64,000 nucleotides of DNA. Source: Trichoplax adhaerens (lineage: Eukaryota; Animalia; Placozoa). The notes beneath the pieces were generated by a model. The model ran no database searches, was not told the origin of the DNA, and worked only from the letters and a program-made list of their open reading frames with translations. The stretch spans positions 9,332,209-9,396,208 of the forward strand of contig NW_002060943.1 of assembly GCF_000150275.1 (NCBI RefSeq), in the 5' to 3' direction. This document shows positions 34,401-48,735 of this stretch, in pieces; the first letter of the stretch is position 1; every line of letters starts with the position of its first letter. The translations under genes were made by a program, and so were the position numbers.

Positions 34401-37400
34401 TACGGATATGTAATGAAAACTCATTGCTATTTAAAATGCATGTGTAAACTGTAAATTATATTGTGAGATTTCATTATTCGTGCCACCCATTTGTATTCAT
34501 TTCGCTTTAGGTTGACGAAATTGCTGACGAATGGGAAAGTCGGTTCGTTCAAATTGGTCACCGTACTCACCAGAATATTAGCTGTTCAGTTTACACTACG
34601 AAAACGTAAACAACTTTTTTAAGCGAAATTATTAGTAACTTATATGTTGTTTATCTTCTGTAGTTAAAAACTATAGTTCTAACCTTGGATTTTCTACAAT
34701 TCTAGCGTAGAAAGTGAAACTGCTAAGTCTTTTGCGGCGGATTCTGTACTTTTATCTATTGGTTATGTCATAATACTAATATTTGTTAGTTGTGCTTTGG
34801 GACGCTTAAATCGGTTAGAAAATCGGGTATGTGAATGACAGAGAGAGTATAAATAGTAATTCATGCCTTCGATATTTACGTCATTCTATTGCATGTAAAG
34901 TTGTAATTAAGTAGCATGTACTGTATTACTTATCATCTAGAATATCGTAGCGGCAATGGGAATGATATGTATTGCTATGGCCTATGCTGCTGCTGTTGGA
35001 ATATCAAGTTTGTTTGGCTTACTGTATGGTCCTTTACATGCAGTTTTACCGTTTCTGCTACTAGGTAATGTTTCTGTACATGATTTTAGCCCATTCAATT
35101 TTAAACTTAAATTAAGTATTACAATCCATACTACAACGGTTGAAGTGGTCAACGAGTACCAGTGGTAATGTATTCATGTTCGTTGAAATAGACGTACGCA
35201 TGCATTTAAAAATCGATAGATTTGATATATGCGTAATATTTGAAAATGAGAGCGTATAGAGAATCGCTTCTTCAGACCATAGTTTTATACTTAAGTTTTT
35301 CCTCTTATCTACGGTAAAATACATATGTTGGATCAAATTTAATAGTGTCTATAATATCGTATTTATTTGATGACCTAGTATACTGACTACTACAGTGCTT
35401 ATCTTGACATAATAATATTCTTAACCTATTCAAGATTCGGTGGCATAAACATATACAATATATTCACAACACATGCATTCTTTACTTTCTGGAAAGGTAT
35501 CGGAGTGGACGATATGTTTGTAATTGCTACTGCTTGGGACAATTTTAAACACCACGCTGGTGATAGGACGGTAGACATCGCGGAGCATGCTGGTCAATGC
35601 TTAAAAAAAGCTGTAAGCATAACGTATTATTACCAACTGTAATCTCTAGATGGTAATTAATGGGCTTCGTATCTGTCAATCCAGGGTGTCTCCATAACTG
35701 TAACTTCACTAACTGATGTAGTAGCATTTACGATTGGAGCATCAACAGTTTTGCCTGCCTTATCTTCTTTCTCAATATTCGCCGGAATAGGTAAGTAAAA
35801 CATGTATTAACTAGTAAATAACTAGTACAGTTGATCAATGAATAAATTTTTATCTTCTCTTAACCATTAGGGATTCTTGCTGTTTTTATTCTGCAAATAA
35901 CATTTTTTACTGCCTGTATCGTCTTAGACAGCAGAAGGTATTGTTCTACTACATTTTTCTTGTTAATTATAGCAAGCTTTGATTTACTACTAACAGTTAA
36001 ATTTTCAACAACGTACGCATACTCTACAGGAGAAACGCTGGTCGTGACGCTTGCTTGCCATGTCTAAAAGTAAAGAAACATTCAGGCTCAAAGAAAACTG
36101 AAAAGTCATGGTCTTCAAAGATCTTTGATGGCGGAATTCTAAGATGGTTCTTCGGTAGTAAATTTGCTCCGTTTTTATTAAAAGGACCTAACAAAGTGAG
36201 TAGTTGAAATCGTAATCCGAATTAAGTCTAGACTTTTTATTAATTAATTTTTACTCATAGTTCTTTGTAGTTCTCATAACGTTGGACTTAGTAGCAGTGA
36301 GTATATATGGAAGTATTGAATTAAAGGTGTCATTTGATCCTCGGTGGTTTCTGGCTCCAGATTCTTATGGAAAAAAATTTGTTCAGTATCAAGAAAAGGT
36401 AGCCACCGGTTTTAATTCAGAGATCGCCTATGATAAATGAAATAGGGAGCAGTATTGAAAAACTATTTTGTACATACATTTAGTACTTTCCAGATGAAGG
36501 AGCTCCATTGTCAGTGTATCTCGGAAAAATGGACTACTTTACACAACAGCAAGAACTAGCTAATTTGAGCAGTGTTATTAAAAAAGAGAAGTCAATTCAA
36601 AATAAAAGCGTTTCCAGCTGGTTTGATGACTATATTTTATGGATGAAAAGTACTAGCGGAAAGAATGATTTTCTCAACAAAGGTAAATTTCATTGTTCTG
36701 TTTTGAGTTGTGAGGCTTTCACCAAAGTAGTTTACTAATTCCTCGAACACTGACTCACTATCCATATAATTAATTGTAAGATGGTTACGTAAAGAACAAG
36801 ACAATATTCTATGAGAAATTGCACTCCTTTCTCAACACCGTTGGCCGCCATTACTCTCAAGATATCGTTTTCAATGATAGTGATCCGCAAATTATCACGG
36901 TCTGATATTCAGCATAATATTGCACTGTATTTCTCAATTATTAGCTTAAGATGTATCTAAAGTAAAAGCTTATTAATCTATACTATGCTAAAATGGTAAC
37001 AGTTACTCAACAATTGGATATCAATTTAGGCATCCCGTTTCCACGCTGTTCATAAGTTACTGTCTGATACTTCCGAAGAACTGAAAGCTCTTGACAGCAT
37101 TCGAACGCATGTTAGCGCGGTTCCATTTAGTCCCAATAGCGCATTTGCTTTCTCCAAATATTATCATCTATGGGAAACTAATAGGGTAAAGTACCGAGGC
37201 TTTTTTAAAAGTATTGACTTGAGTTTCTTCTGAAGATATTTACTAATTTGGTTCAGGTATTAACGATGGAAATGTTCAGAAACATCGGCTTGGCGATAGG
37301 ATGCGTATTCATTATCACACTAATCCTTGTTGCTGATTTTCGAACCACGATCTTCGTTATTATTTGTGTCACACTGACTCTTGTAAATATAATAAATTGG

Positions 37401-38461
37401 TTATTGACTATTATCGGAATTCAATAAAAAAACTGTTCTCATTCATTGCAATCCCTTTTTTATAGATTGACATGGGTGGACTTATGTATTTTTGGGAGTT
37501 ATCAATTAACACTGTAACAACGATCGTACTGGTATTAGTTGTTGGTTTATCTGTAGACTACGCAGCCCACATGGCCCATACATTTATGAGGTACCAAGGA
37601 ACAAGAAAAGGTACGTTATAAGTTAGCGTCGAATTAATTTACTATCGCTTTACTTTTACTGTAGACTTACTAATCAGATTTGAATTAAAATAGAGAGAGT
37701 TTTAGCTACAATGGGAGATATGGCCCCGGCCGTATTTAATGGAGGCTTTAGTACTTTTTTGGCATTCATACTACTAGCCGGCTCAACTAATTACGGATTC
37801 TTAACCTTCTTTAAAGTTAGTTACTGTGATATCTATTATATGACACTATAAGTCGCATATATTATTCTGATGCTTCTTAAACTTTTTGTAGATGTTTTTT
37901 GGAGTTGTGGTTTTTGGACTATTTCATGGTCTTTGTTTCCTGCCTGTACTATTAAGCTGGATAGGAGCTGATAGTTATCCACCACTAGCCGAAGATAGTC
38001 CACTAACCATAATGGCATGTGGATCTTGTAAATGCTGGAGAACATTCTCACGCATTCTAAAAAACTTCTTTTGCAAGAAGAGAGAGACGCAATCAGGAGG
38101 TATGGTTGACAACTGTACGCAAACGTCTTCATGCAAAGTTGAGTGCAGCGACATAAACTTTCAAGATGATCTTTTTATACGTCATAGCCACAACGACATA
38201 AAATATGAAAGTTATTCAAGTGGGGTTGGTAGCTCAGCAAACAGTTCTTTATGTAAAATAGCAACTGACAGTATGGAGGACATGAGAGCCATTTCTACTA
38301 TAGTATCGCCATCGGAAAAAGTAGTTATCACTTCACCAAAAATTGCAAGTAATACCTCAACAGCAGCGGTTATTGATTATTTAAATAGTGAATTTAATGT
38401 CAAGCATTTTTCTCATAATGAACAAAAGAATCTTAAAAATTATAAAGAAACCTCTGTTTAA
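31457..38461 (+). CDS. Patched-related / PTCHD3-like sterol-sensing-domain RND membrane protein
   Basis: Exon 1 ends LETLFYR and joins IGLLIGRHPYHVVV...EENRIEKLWVP. Sterol-sensing domain: VLPFLLLGIGVDDMFVI, GVSITVTSLTDVVAFTIG, LQITFFTAC. Second TM bundle: VGLSVDYAAHMAHTF, MGPAVFNGGFSTFLAF, FFKMFFGVVVFGLFHGLCFLPVLLS. It lacks the NPC1 N-terminal Cys domain. C-terminus ETSV, stop at 38461. Confidence 0.88.
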
Positions 38462-39241
38462 AGCAATATTTGAAACTATTCTACATATAATTTGTGTGAT
38501 CGAATGACCCGAGATAATATCTGATCTATATAAATTCAGCTTTAAAGTGTACGCATGTCAATCAGTACAGTACTATTAACAGTAAATTATAAAACAAAAC
38601 TACTATGAAGTAAAAGTGCACCAAAATGCCAATGAAAGCCACTTCTAGTCTAAGAAGTATACAATAATTGATATTATAACAGATGCTAAGAATTCATTTA
38701 CAGACATCAATTGTAATTAAGAATCTTTAGCTGCTGCATGATTATAATTATTATTACAGTAACGATACAGCTAACAAATTACGGCCAGTAATAGATAATG
38801 ATTATAATTATGAACTAAAAATAAGTTAATTATAATGAAAATCTCATATGTAAATATAAAATATACGAAAGAAAATTATAATTTAGTAATCGATAAATTG
38901 CTAATAAATACAGCATGAATGTACTAACAAAATATGCGTATATGACCAAGTAAGTACGTCTAAAAATATTGCTTTTTAATTCAACACTACCAGTGCTACG
39001 TATACGTGTAATCTGTTTCTGATCAGTTAGTAACAACAATTTTAATACCTATTCATTACAATAATAAATCAAATTAAATATAATGTTTGGCTTCTTACTG
39101 CAAAACATCTCTACCAATACAGAGTAAAAATAGGTTTATCGAATATACCTTATCATAACGGGTGATATTTCTTAAGCAAAGCTGAAATATTTACAATTCA
39201 TTACGACACTATTAAAGTGGTTTACTTTTTGAAACGGAATT

Positions 39242-42200
39242 TTAAATAGAATTTTCTCCTGAGTAAATTGAGTTAAAATTAATTCTCAGTACGAAATCCT
39301 CCAGATATGCTTGATAGCCGCGCCTGATGAGCTTATGAACGACTACAATAATAGAAAGCGATAAATGTTACGAATGTCGTTTTAGGACATTTGATTATAT
39401 TAGTGAAATGGTTAAAACTTCGTAATATAGCTACAGTGCCTACGTATTTAGCTTACAATGTACATAACATCATCTTGCAATACACTTACCTAGAAACAAA
39501 AATTTGCAGTACTCTCTAAATCTTTCATAAAACTCTTCCAGTTTCACAAAAGAGGTATGTATTAATTCTCCATTTAGATCAACGATCCATGAACCCATAG
39601 TCAAATTAAAGTGAAAATTGATAATAACCCCAAAGATAGATGAAATGATTTGCATGACCGGTTTTGCTTTAGATCCTAGTAATGACCTGATGAAAAGCCC
39701 ATTAAGTGTTACAATATTAGCCTGCAATTAACAGCAATAACTCTACAATATGATTAACAGAAACTTTACCGGTACTCTCCCTTTTTTAGATACTCCATAT
39801 GATAACTATATAATTCGTCCAAGTTACGAGCCTGTCAGATTATAAGATTGTAGCTAAGCATAAATCCATCTAATAACCCATTTTGATATTATTGATATAC
39901 CTTTGCAACGCACTGTTTAAATTCTTCCCAGCAGACAGTGATTATTTGATTTTCAAAATAACTTTGTATAACATTAACAAAATGCAACATTTCGTAACGA
40001 AAGTGTTGTAATCGAGAATATTGAAAGCTTCCAACTTGTCTGCCATGTAGGGCACACTTCAGTCTTAACCAGCAATCTCTTAAAGCCCAAGCAACACGTT
40101 TGAGTTGTAGTAAAAAAGACCAAATCTTGCTGTATACTGTTAAACAAGAGTCAGTAATAATAATATTGCAAGGCCAAGGAACCTAACACAGAGATTAATT
40201 ATTAGCTTAGAGTGTGTTAAAAGCTTAATAACAACGACATAAAGATCTCCACCTTATACTTTAGATCTAAGAAATTTAACGCATGAATAGAAGTCGATTG
40301 GAAGACTTCTGTCATAGGTTTCATCACTAAGGTTGTATTTCGAGAGATCAATTCAATTTCCTTAAATCCAGACTGCGATATGGCCGTGTTGAGAATTTCT
40401 GTTAGTTCAGTAACCGTATAGATTACGTGCACTGATTTACCGGAAGCCAGCTAATAGAATCCGTAAAAACTTGATTACATTGTATACACATAAAAAATCT
40501 TACTAACTTTATCATATCAATAGCAATTACAGTATAAAAAAAAACAATAAAACTAAACCTTGTCAAATAACTGGCTTGTCAATGACATTGAAAATTCTGA
40601 ATCCGCCATTAACAGTAAACTTCTTAAAATTTCAATATGCCGGTAAATATCTAAGTCATCCTTGAAGTATCTGAGTACCGCATCGTTAACAAGCGAGATT
40701 CTAATTTATATATATATGATTACCGATTAAAACTTAAAAATAACAAAATTTTGAATTATTTACGAATAGAATTTCTATAAATAAATTTTGCATTCTTACT
40801 GTAGCCGTAATTGTGGAACAACGGCTTTTCTCATTACTGTTTCCAATGACAACGTTGGAATAGATTTAGGATTTTCCGCTTCAGAAATATAAATGCCAAG
40901 GTACTTAGTTATATTTTGATAAAAGATAGATTGATAATGGACTTAGAATTAACCTGTTCTATTATCTAGTGTCAATTCCCCTCTTGTTCTTTTTGTTAAC
41001 TTCACATTCAGTAAAGATTCTTCAAAGTACAAAAAATGCGCTGACTTTACAGTTAATTCAATGAAATTAATGATAAAATGTACATGAAGTATTTTGTGGG
41101 AACTACTAAAAGATCTCTAATTTTCACTTAAAATTTTTATCTACATAATATTTAATTGATAATCTACTGTTTTCTATGCTATCTAGTAAGTTACAAAATT
41201 ACTGAAATACATAACAGTTGCTCGTATTTACTGTATGCATTAACTATAGTTAGTAAACCCGTTACAACTATCCACTACTTACCACTATTTGATTGCATAG
41301 AATTGTTAGAATTATTAATACAGTCATCGCCAAGTATGCGGCTTTGATTCACAGCATTGTTAGGGAGACTTCCTAGACAATCTGTCATAAAACTATCATT
41401 GATTACTACCGTTTCCTCTTTTTGAATTGAAAGACTCTTAGCTATTTCAAGTGGACTATAGCTATTGGTTCGTAACAGGTCCTGATTGCCAGGATCATTT
41501 TGTAAATATTGCTGTTTGCTCGAAATTTGAGATTTTATTTCCTGCGCTCCATTGGATAAAGGTTTCCCCTTATCTTCTATTAATGCAATCTTCCCAGAAA
41601 CAACCGAATTTTTTGATGATGTTCTCCTCATCTGATCAAGTTCATCGGATTCCACATTTAATTCGATGGTATTACTTTTTAAAGGCCTAATTATAGTATC
41701 TGCTTTTGAGATGGTATTTTCTGGAGTCACGTTATTGGTAACGAGCGCCTCATAGTTATTATTTTTAGGTTTTAATGAACTGGTTATCGCATCCTTAGCA
41801 TATGAATTCGGAGATTCGTAATCACTAACTGCAACAGATATTAATTCTGGATTAACGGGAGAATCCCGTAAGTCTTGAATACTAGAGCTTTCTTCTTCTG
41901 AATACTGAGACTTTACACTAGAGGAGGATTCTTTAATTATTCCGTCATGCATAGCAACGTCTGCTGTAGCACTATCTTGATGACCATAACTTTGCAGAGC
42001 TCCCTGAAGTTTCACTATAGAATCGTCATAAAATTTTTTTCTCTTTTCGTGCAGTTGAAATCGAGAGCTTTGCCATCGAGCCAAGAACTCCCTTTTACTA
42101 GCTTCCAAAGACAACTCTTCGTAATGAGACTCTAACGCTTCCCTTAATTAGAGATATTGTACAAATTTTAAATTAATGAAACACTTCGATTAAGTTATCA

Positions 42201-45200
42201 TATACTCGTACACTATCTATAACTTTATACCTAACGTCGTCTTTCAACTTTGGCGCTATAGAAGCCGTTGTAAATTGGTGTTGTTGATTAACCGATATTT
42301 CTTGCTGTTCCGATAACATTTCTTCTGTAACCCTAATTTTTTGTTTCTTTTTAAATTGCAATATTTAAATTCTTTATTACTTTGAAAAATCGTAACCCCT
42401 TAAGCAGTGCATTCGAGAGCTCATTGATAAAAATAAATAAATCTCTGTAAGGAAATAATAACCAACAACATGTTACCTGTTGATGATCCTCTATTTGTCG
42501 CTTAATCTGATTAAGTTGATTCTCTTTCGAGGCTTGGAGCAAACGCCTTTCTTCTAGTTGCATTCCTTTTATTAAAATAATATTATCAGTGGTAAATCTT
42601 TCAGACATAACAAATTAAAATTTAAATATTTATATACACCATTTTACTCAAACATATAAATGCGTACGCTTGGGGTTGTTCTGTTGCGGTAATTTTTTAA
42701 GCATTTTATTCGTATCCCATCGTACCCCAATATCGTACGTGCAGTAATATATGAAATTTTACTGTACTCAGACCACTGTTTTACCATATATTGTACACTG
42801 TACGCAGACACAAACCGCATACATACGGAAGAAGCTCAACTTTTTATACTGGTAACAATGTAGATAATACTAACATACATATACGTACGTTTCCTTTTCT
42901 TAATCTTCTCAGCTATAACAGCTTGCTCTTCCAGTAATATGGCCCGCTTGACCTTTTCTTTGTTCATAATCTTGGTATTTTCGGTTAGTAACATATCGAG
43001 AATAAATTGTATGTATCATGTGATAATTTACCTCCTCTTTTCGTTTCTTATCCTCAAACTCTTGAAGATTTCGGATTTTTTCCTTATACTCCTGTAATAT
43101 AAAAATAGATCCTTTAGATAAACATAAATCTATGGACTTAAATTTCAACTTATTTAAAAAACTTTAAGTTAGCTAGGTACCATTAGTGCAGTCATAGCCG
43201 TATTGATGTCTTCCTCATTTAGTACGAATTTAAATAAAGGAGGATCAGTCGCTAGAATTATATGCTGTAGCACAATTCGAAATCACTTAATAATTTGAAC
43301 ACACTATATTGTCTAAACAGTCATCTAGGGTACGTAATTAATAGGCGTTTTATTATAACATACTCAAAACAAAGTTATTAAAAATTTGACTTACGTTGGG
43401 ACAACATTGCCGTAGTAAGTATAACGACTTGCCACAAACAAGGATATCTTGCAAACAATCATGTGATAGAATTGGTACAGTATCATCTATAATGCCTTTC
43501 CGTATTTTAAAGCCATTATTCCAAAACGATCGATCTAATAAATTATTAGAATATAAACATTAATTTCAATATCAATCAAGTTAACATAATCATTATTCAC
43601 ATCATATCACCTTGAACCGATAAGTAAGTAGAATCCACTTCAAGAACAAATTCGTCGTAGTAATCCGTATGAAGGCCTTTCGTTACCCAATTTCGAATAT
43701 AACTAGAGATATAGATGGATACTGTACTATAATACGCGTAACTTCCAATTTCAGATACAATAAAGTGTAACATTACTGATCCTTACTCAAGGTACGGCTG
43801 ACAGATATTAACGAGGATATAGACCAGTAGCATATAATTATGTGTATCTTCTGCATCCAATGCCATGTGATATATGGTATCTATTAATTTGACACCCTAA
43901 AAGTACATCAAACAGTAAAGCACTTGTAAGCGCACATTTTATAAAAAAATAAAGACTATCACGCAATGTCATATACTGTATACTGTACAGTAGGAAGGGT
44001 ATACCGTTAACAATCTTGTTTGGTCATTATCTTCACGTGGACCGTGCAGTGCAAAGCAAACAGCAGCCAATAGTCTATAATAATGAAATCGATTAAAAAG
44101 CAGCTTGAAAATAATAAGAGCTAATACTATAATTGATATAATCCGTCATTCGTAACTGCAGTTAAAACCTGAAAAATCACAAAATCGTAAAAATTATTAC
44201 CGAAGTTGCACACTAATTCGTCGAATCACGTACAATACTTGTTGAAGCGATTTGAGTCGATGTTCTGCATTTTGGGATATTACGTACAATGTTTTATTAG
44301 AAAATTATTCCAATTTCAGACTAAGAAAACATTATATTAACATTATATTTGTCGCTTGCCTGCTACTGAAATTATGATTGCTGAATAATAATTCAAGTAT
44401 ATATCTATAGCTTTTACGAAAGCATTCACAACTAATCCAGCAGTATTTGTGCCTGATCTCATAAAATCTCGTAAGTGCACATAACAGGTTCCTATATCAC
44501 CAATTTCTTTTAGAAGCTTAACCAAACTGGAAGAACTTCTACCGGAAAGGTAGACATCAGCCCGAACATAAAATTTACCGACTGCCTATAATCTCAGTAA
44601 ACGATTAAAGATATAACATTTTTAGAACTACTTTACATCAATTAAAATGCCACAAACTGACTGTTAGAGAGAATGATTTACATTTTTATCGTTTTGAAAC
44701 ATAAATGTTCTACTAGGAATGCCAAGCAAAACATTGACAGCATCTTTAACTAACTGTTCTTCCGTCATATATGTAGCTGGACAATCTAATCTAAATGCCT
44801 TAGTTGCATATTTTAGTCTATTCAGCAGTGCTAGTTCCAGACTATTATGTCCTGACTCAGACATGTAAAATTTTCGACTACATGATTTCCTGTAAATCAA
44901 TTTTTGATCGTTAGCCTTCTTTTATCTATTTAATTATATACAGAAATTATAAATAAAATCTATCATTCAGCACCTTCCACGAATTTCCCATTCATAATAA
45001 TGGCTGCAGAGAGCTTCGCCAACGATAAATGTGTCGTCCCAGTTGAGATAAGATTCATGGCTCTCGTTTAACTCTTTTGTTCTATCTGCAACCATGATCG
45101 GTAAAGATGAACTCGAAGTTTTATTATGCTAGAGAAACAAACATGACATGAATGATATCAGCTAGCTACTTGGAAAGTTTTCTTTATTTAATAATTAATA

Positions 45201-47284
45201 GTTTGCTTAACTTACATTTTTTCGGGCAACTAGATATCTTTCGGCATTACTACATTGGGGTACTATATTCAGTATTTCATATAAAATCAGAAAAAATACG
45301 AAATATTAAATCTTACAAGTTTTGATATTCATCTTGATAAAGCCTGGGAAAATTTAAACGTTCATTTAAGTGATAGACATTAGAGTGAACTATCCCTCCG
45401 AAAAGGTTAGATCCAGCTTTATTCCATTCTACGTTGCTCTATAAAAAATAAAAATACCGTATAGTAACATTCAGTAAGCAGTTACTGTAAATTGAGTGAA
45501 AGTTTTCTGTCATAATAAGCAGTATAGTGACAAAGTATTGGTTACAAACATTTATTAATTATATATATTATTTCTAGTATCTTTAACGCAGCATACGAAT
45601 AAAAATAAATAATTATCACAAATTCTAAGTTCTACGGATTACCGGTTGCTTAAATTGATTATTCGGTAACATGTTAAATTTCTAAATAAAAGAATATGCG
45701 TTAAAACTATCTTTTCCATAATTTCAGTTTGTTTCATTAAAATAGCTTACGACAATACCGTAAGAAAAGGATACTTGCTGGGATCACATATTATATCATA
45801 ATCTGGCGCAAAAAATTGACTATAAAAGCAGAATGAGGAATTTAGTACCACTGCTGAATAAGAAACAACCGCTTCACAAAGCATTCAAGATTTTAAAAGT
45901 CGCTGCTCCTGTGTATATTAATATCTGTAGAATATTCGTAGTCTAATACAGTACAACAGAGCAAGCTACTAACACTTAATATTCATGCTAAGTTAAGAAT
46001 GCTAGGTATTCAACCGATTAATGAATTCTAAAGGTGCTGTATACAAAAAGAATATCTCCTAACTACAGCTAATAGTAAACAATGCTATTCATAACGTTAT
46101 ATCCCTAACTTGCAATTCGTTAATTGGAGAGGAGTTCCGCATAATCTCGGCTCGGTCGGAATCTTTTGTGTAACCTTGTAGAGCATAAGTTAAGGTCGTT
46201 GAATTAGGTATATGAAGTAATAGTTACATGACTAATCACTAAGTTGAGGCTAGTTATCGTTTATTATCCATTATTCTGTTTTTTTATTTATACAAACAGT
46301 GACGACTGTACCGCTGATTAAAAAAGGAGCAACAGAATACGTGTAATCCGCATCCACGTATGTTTCTAATTCTACCCTCATAAAACTAATAGATACTGTA
46401 TAATGAAGGTACGCAGGAATATTTTTACCTTTTGCTTTGATCCGAAATCTTCCATAGCAAAGTCGGATTCAATTGTATTACCGGCCATAAGTAATAAAAA
46501 GGAAAGAATTTGTTGTGTATCACCTACTGGCACAATGAGAAAAAAAGAACAAATCTTCTTGATAATAAATAATATGTATCATAAGGTTTTGCAGGTTCTG
46601 AATCTACAAGAATTTTCCTTTTTCATGGTAATATTCAAGCAGTATACTGTACTGTATCATTATTTAAAAGCATACGCTTAAACGTTTTACTACAATTATA
46701 ATTTTTGCATCAGTTACATACCTATATTCGTAATTCTATTTATTCACAGCAATAACTCTATTTGCTAACTAAGATATGAGAGCTATACCAATGGTCACTA
46801 ATTAATTATGATGTCAGTTACTGTAGCCACATAAATGCGAAGAAACAATTGTAGAAATTGCATTGATGTACTCAATGAAGATCAGCTCAAGATCCATGCT
46901 ATCCTACTGAAGATTGTTTTACTGAGGTACGTAAACTTATAAACCAAATTACTAACCGCGGTCTAAAAGTTGATTTAGTAATGTATCCAACTTTACAGCA
47001 TCTTGTTGTCTTTTAGCATAACTTAAATACATCCCATACGCTATAAAACGCCAGTGATTTGATGAATTGTGGTGAAAGCTTTCGTTAGCATGATCCCCAT
47101 TGGCCCAGCTATTCAATCCTCCAAATAGCAATTGTTGGTAAGCGATCGCAAGTAGTTGCTTATTGAGGATTTTTCTGTCGTGGCTACTACGTTCTTTACG
47201 TAAAGTGACACCTTGAGTGATGGTATCGCCGGCAAAGATATCGCAGAGTTGATAGAATAACTGGTAAACACTTGTGTTCGACAT
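39242..47284 (-). CDS. TUBGCP6: Gamma-tubulin complex component 6
   Basis: N-terminus MSNTSVYQLFYQLC and LFGGIVHSNVY. GRIP1: EEQLVKDAVNVLLGIPSRTF, GLVVNAF, DILVCGKSLYLLRQCCP. Coiled-coil plus Ser-rich insertion. GRIP2: LRSLLLMADSEFS, LDLKYKVPWPCNIII, YSKIWSFLLQLK. C-terminus RGYQAYLEDFVLRINFN. A few 5' exon junctions near 46300-46430 are unresolved. Confidence 0.92.
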
Positions 47285-47449
47285 GACAACATTCAAATTG
47301 AAAATATAATCAGAGAATCAAACGTTGACTTTGCAACTTTCCATGTCTGCTCTCCACTTCAGCTTGAGCTTTCTACTACTGCGTACCCGAACAGTACTGT
47401 AATGTTATGAGATTTTGAATTTAGAGAGAAGGCGCCGTAAATACGATAC

Positions 47450-47920
47450 AGTCACAGTATAGTACAGTACAGTACCATCAGCGACGTACTGTACACTGTA
47501 CTGTACAGTCACAGTATGTACTTTACAGTACCATCAGCGACGTACTGTAAACTGTACGCAGTTGTACCCTACAGTCACAGTACAGTACTTTACAGTACCA
47601 TCAGCGACGTACAGTACAGTACAGTACACTATACGCAGTTGGACACTATAGTCGCAGTAAGTACTTTACAGTACCATCAGCGACGTACAGTACTACAGTA
47701 TACTGTATACTGTACTGTACTGTACAGTACTGTACAGTACTGTACACTGTACGCAGTTGTACTGTACACTACAGTACAGTCACAGTACTGTGTACAGTAC
47801 TTTACAGTACCATCAGCTACGTACTGTACTGTACAGTGTACACTATACAGTACAGTACGCAGCAGTACTGTACATGTACTGTACAAACGAAGTTCAAAGC
47901 TGAGTACAGTATACTGTACG
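47450..47920. repeat. Higher-order minisatellite: five copies of (TACTTTA)CAGTACCATCAGCGACGTAC embedded in TACAG/CTGTA runs, in the TUBGCP6-ATP5F1C head-to-head spacer
   Basis: The core CAGTACCATCAGCGACGTAC starts at 47470, 47526, 47593, 47669 and 47805 (last copy GCTAC variant). Intervals are 56, 67, 76 and 136 bp. Confidence 0.93.
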
Positions 47921-48539
47921 GTAATGTCGGCCATACTTGGCTTAGTACTACTGCATACTTGCACCTTTTTCTTGACATTACCTATATAAAGTAGCATTAT
48001 GAGCATGCATTTCACATTTTGACCGTAAAAGCGGTTCATTTCGCTGAGTGACTAGCGAGATGATGCATAAACTTACTGTCAAAGCATGCAACTAACGTAG
48101 GGTCAGCTCTAATAAATCATTTATTCAACAACAAATAAATAAATAAAATCGAATCGTAACGTGCTCAGACGTACAGATGTATAGACTAAAATTAAATCCA
48201 TACCACCCATCCCCGCGTGAATCCATGTGACGCAACCGATCATCATCATCGTCAGTCTGCTGCTTGACTGTACAGTACTGATGCGCGTACTGTACACTGT
48301 AAGGTCCCTTTGTCGGGCATCCGAGTATTTATCTAAAGTTTACTCTCTGTAATCACTTGAAATTGCACTTATTGAAGTTAGTAAAACGTGCTTTAGATAA
48401 TTCTATATCATGCGATAATAATGCCATGATATGAAATTGTCTAAGCATGGTTTTTTCTTTCACTTTGTGCATTTCCGATCGGCCTAACATGTAACAACCA
48501 CGACAACGATTACAGCAGCTGTCGGCCTGTCGCTGAACC

Positions 48540-48652
48540 AGTACAGTACATCGCACTGTACTTTACTACAACTGCACTTGAAAATTAAACTGGCAGCTGT
48601 AAGGAATTTACAGTACAGTACACTGTACACTGTACATAAAGTACTGTACAGT
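48540..48652. repeat. Second GTAC-core patch immediately upstream of ATP5F1C
   Basis: cagtacagtac...tacagtacagtacactgtacactgtac...gtactgtacagt, ending about 85 bp before the ATG at 48736. Confidence 0.8.
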
Positions 48653-48735
48653 GCCGGGCCCTAGATCGCTTGAGCAGCGTTGTACTGTAGCGAGCATGCG
48701 CACCGCTAAAAGCACGGTAGATCCAGCAGCGAAAA

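Noticed and set aside
45682-45774. U12-type intron in TUBGCP6 (minus-strand GTATCCTTTT)
   Set aside because: Phase analysis fails at that donor. The frame continues as SKYPFLT to a normal phase-0 GT donor that joins the next exons correctly.
47450-47830. CRISPR array
   Set aside because: Spacers are related to each other, low-complexity and unequal in length. There are no cas genes and the context is eukaryotic. It is a minisatellite.
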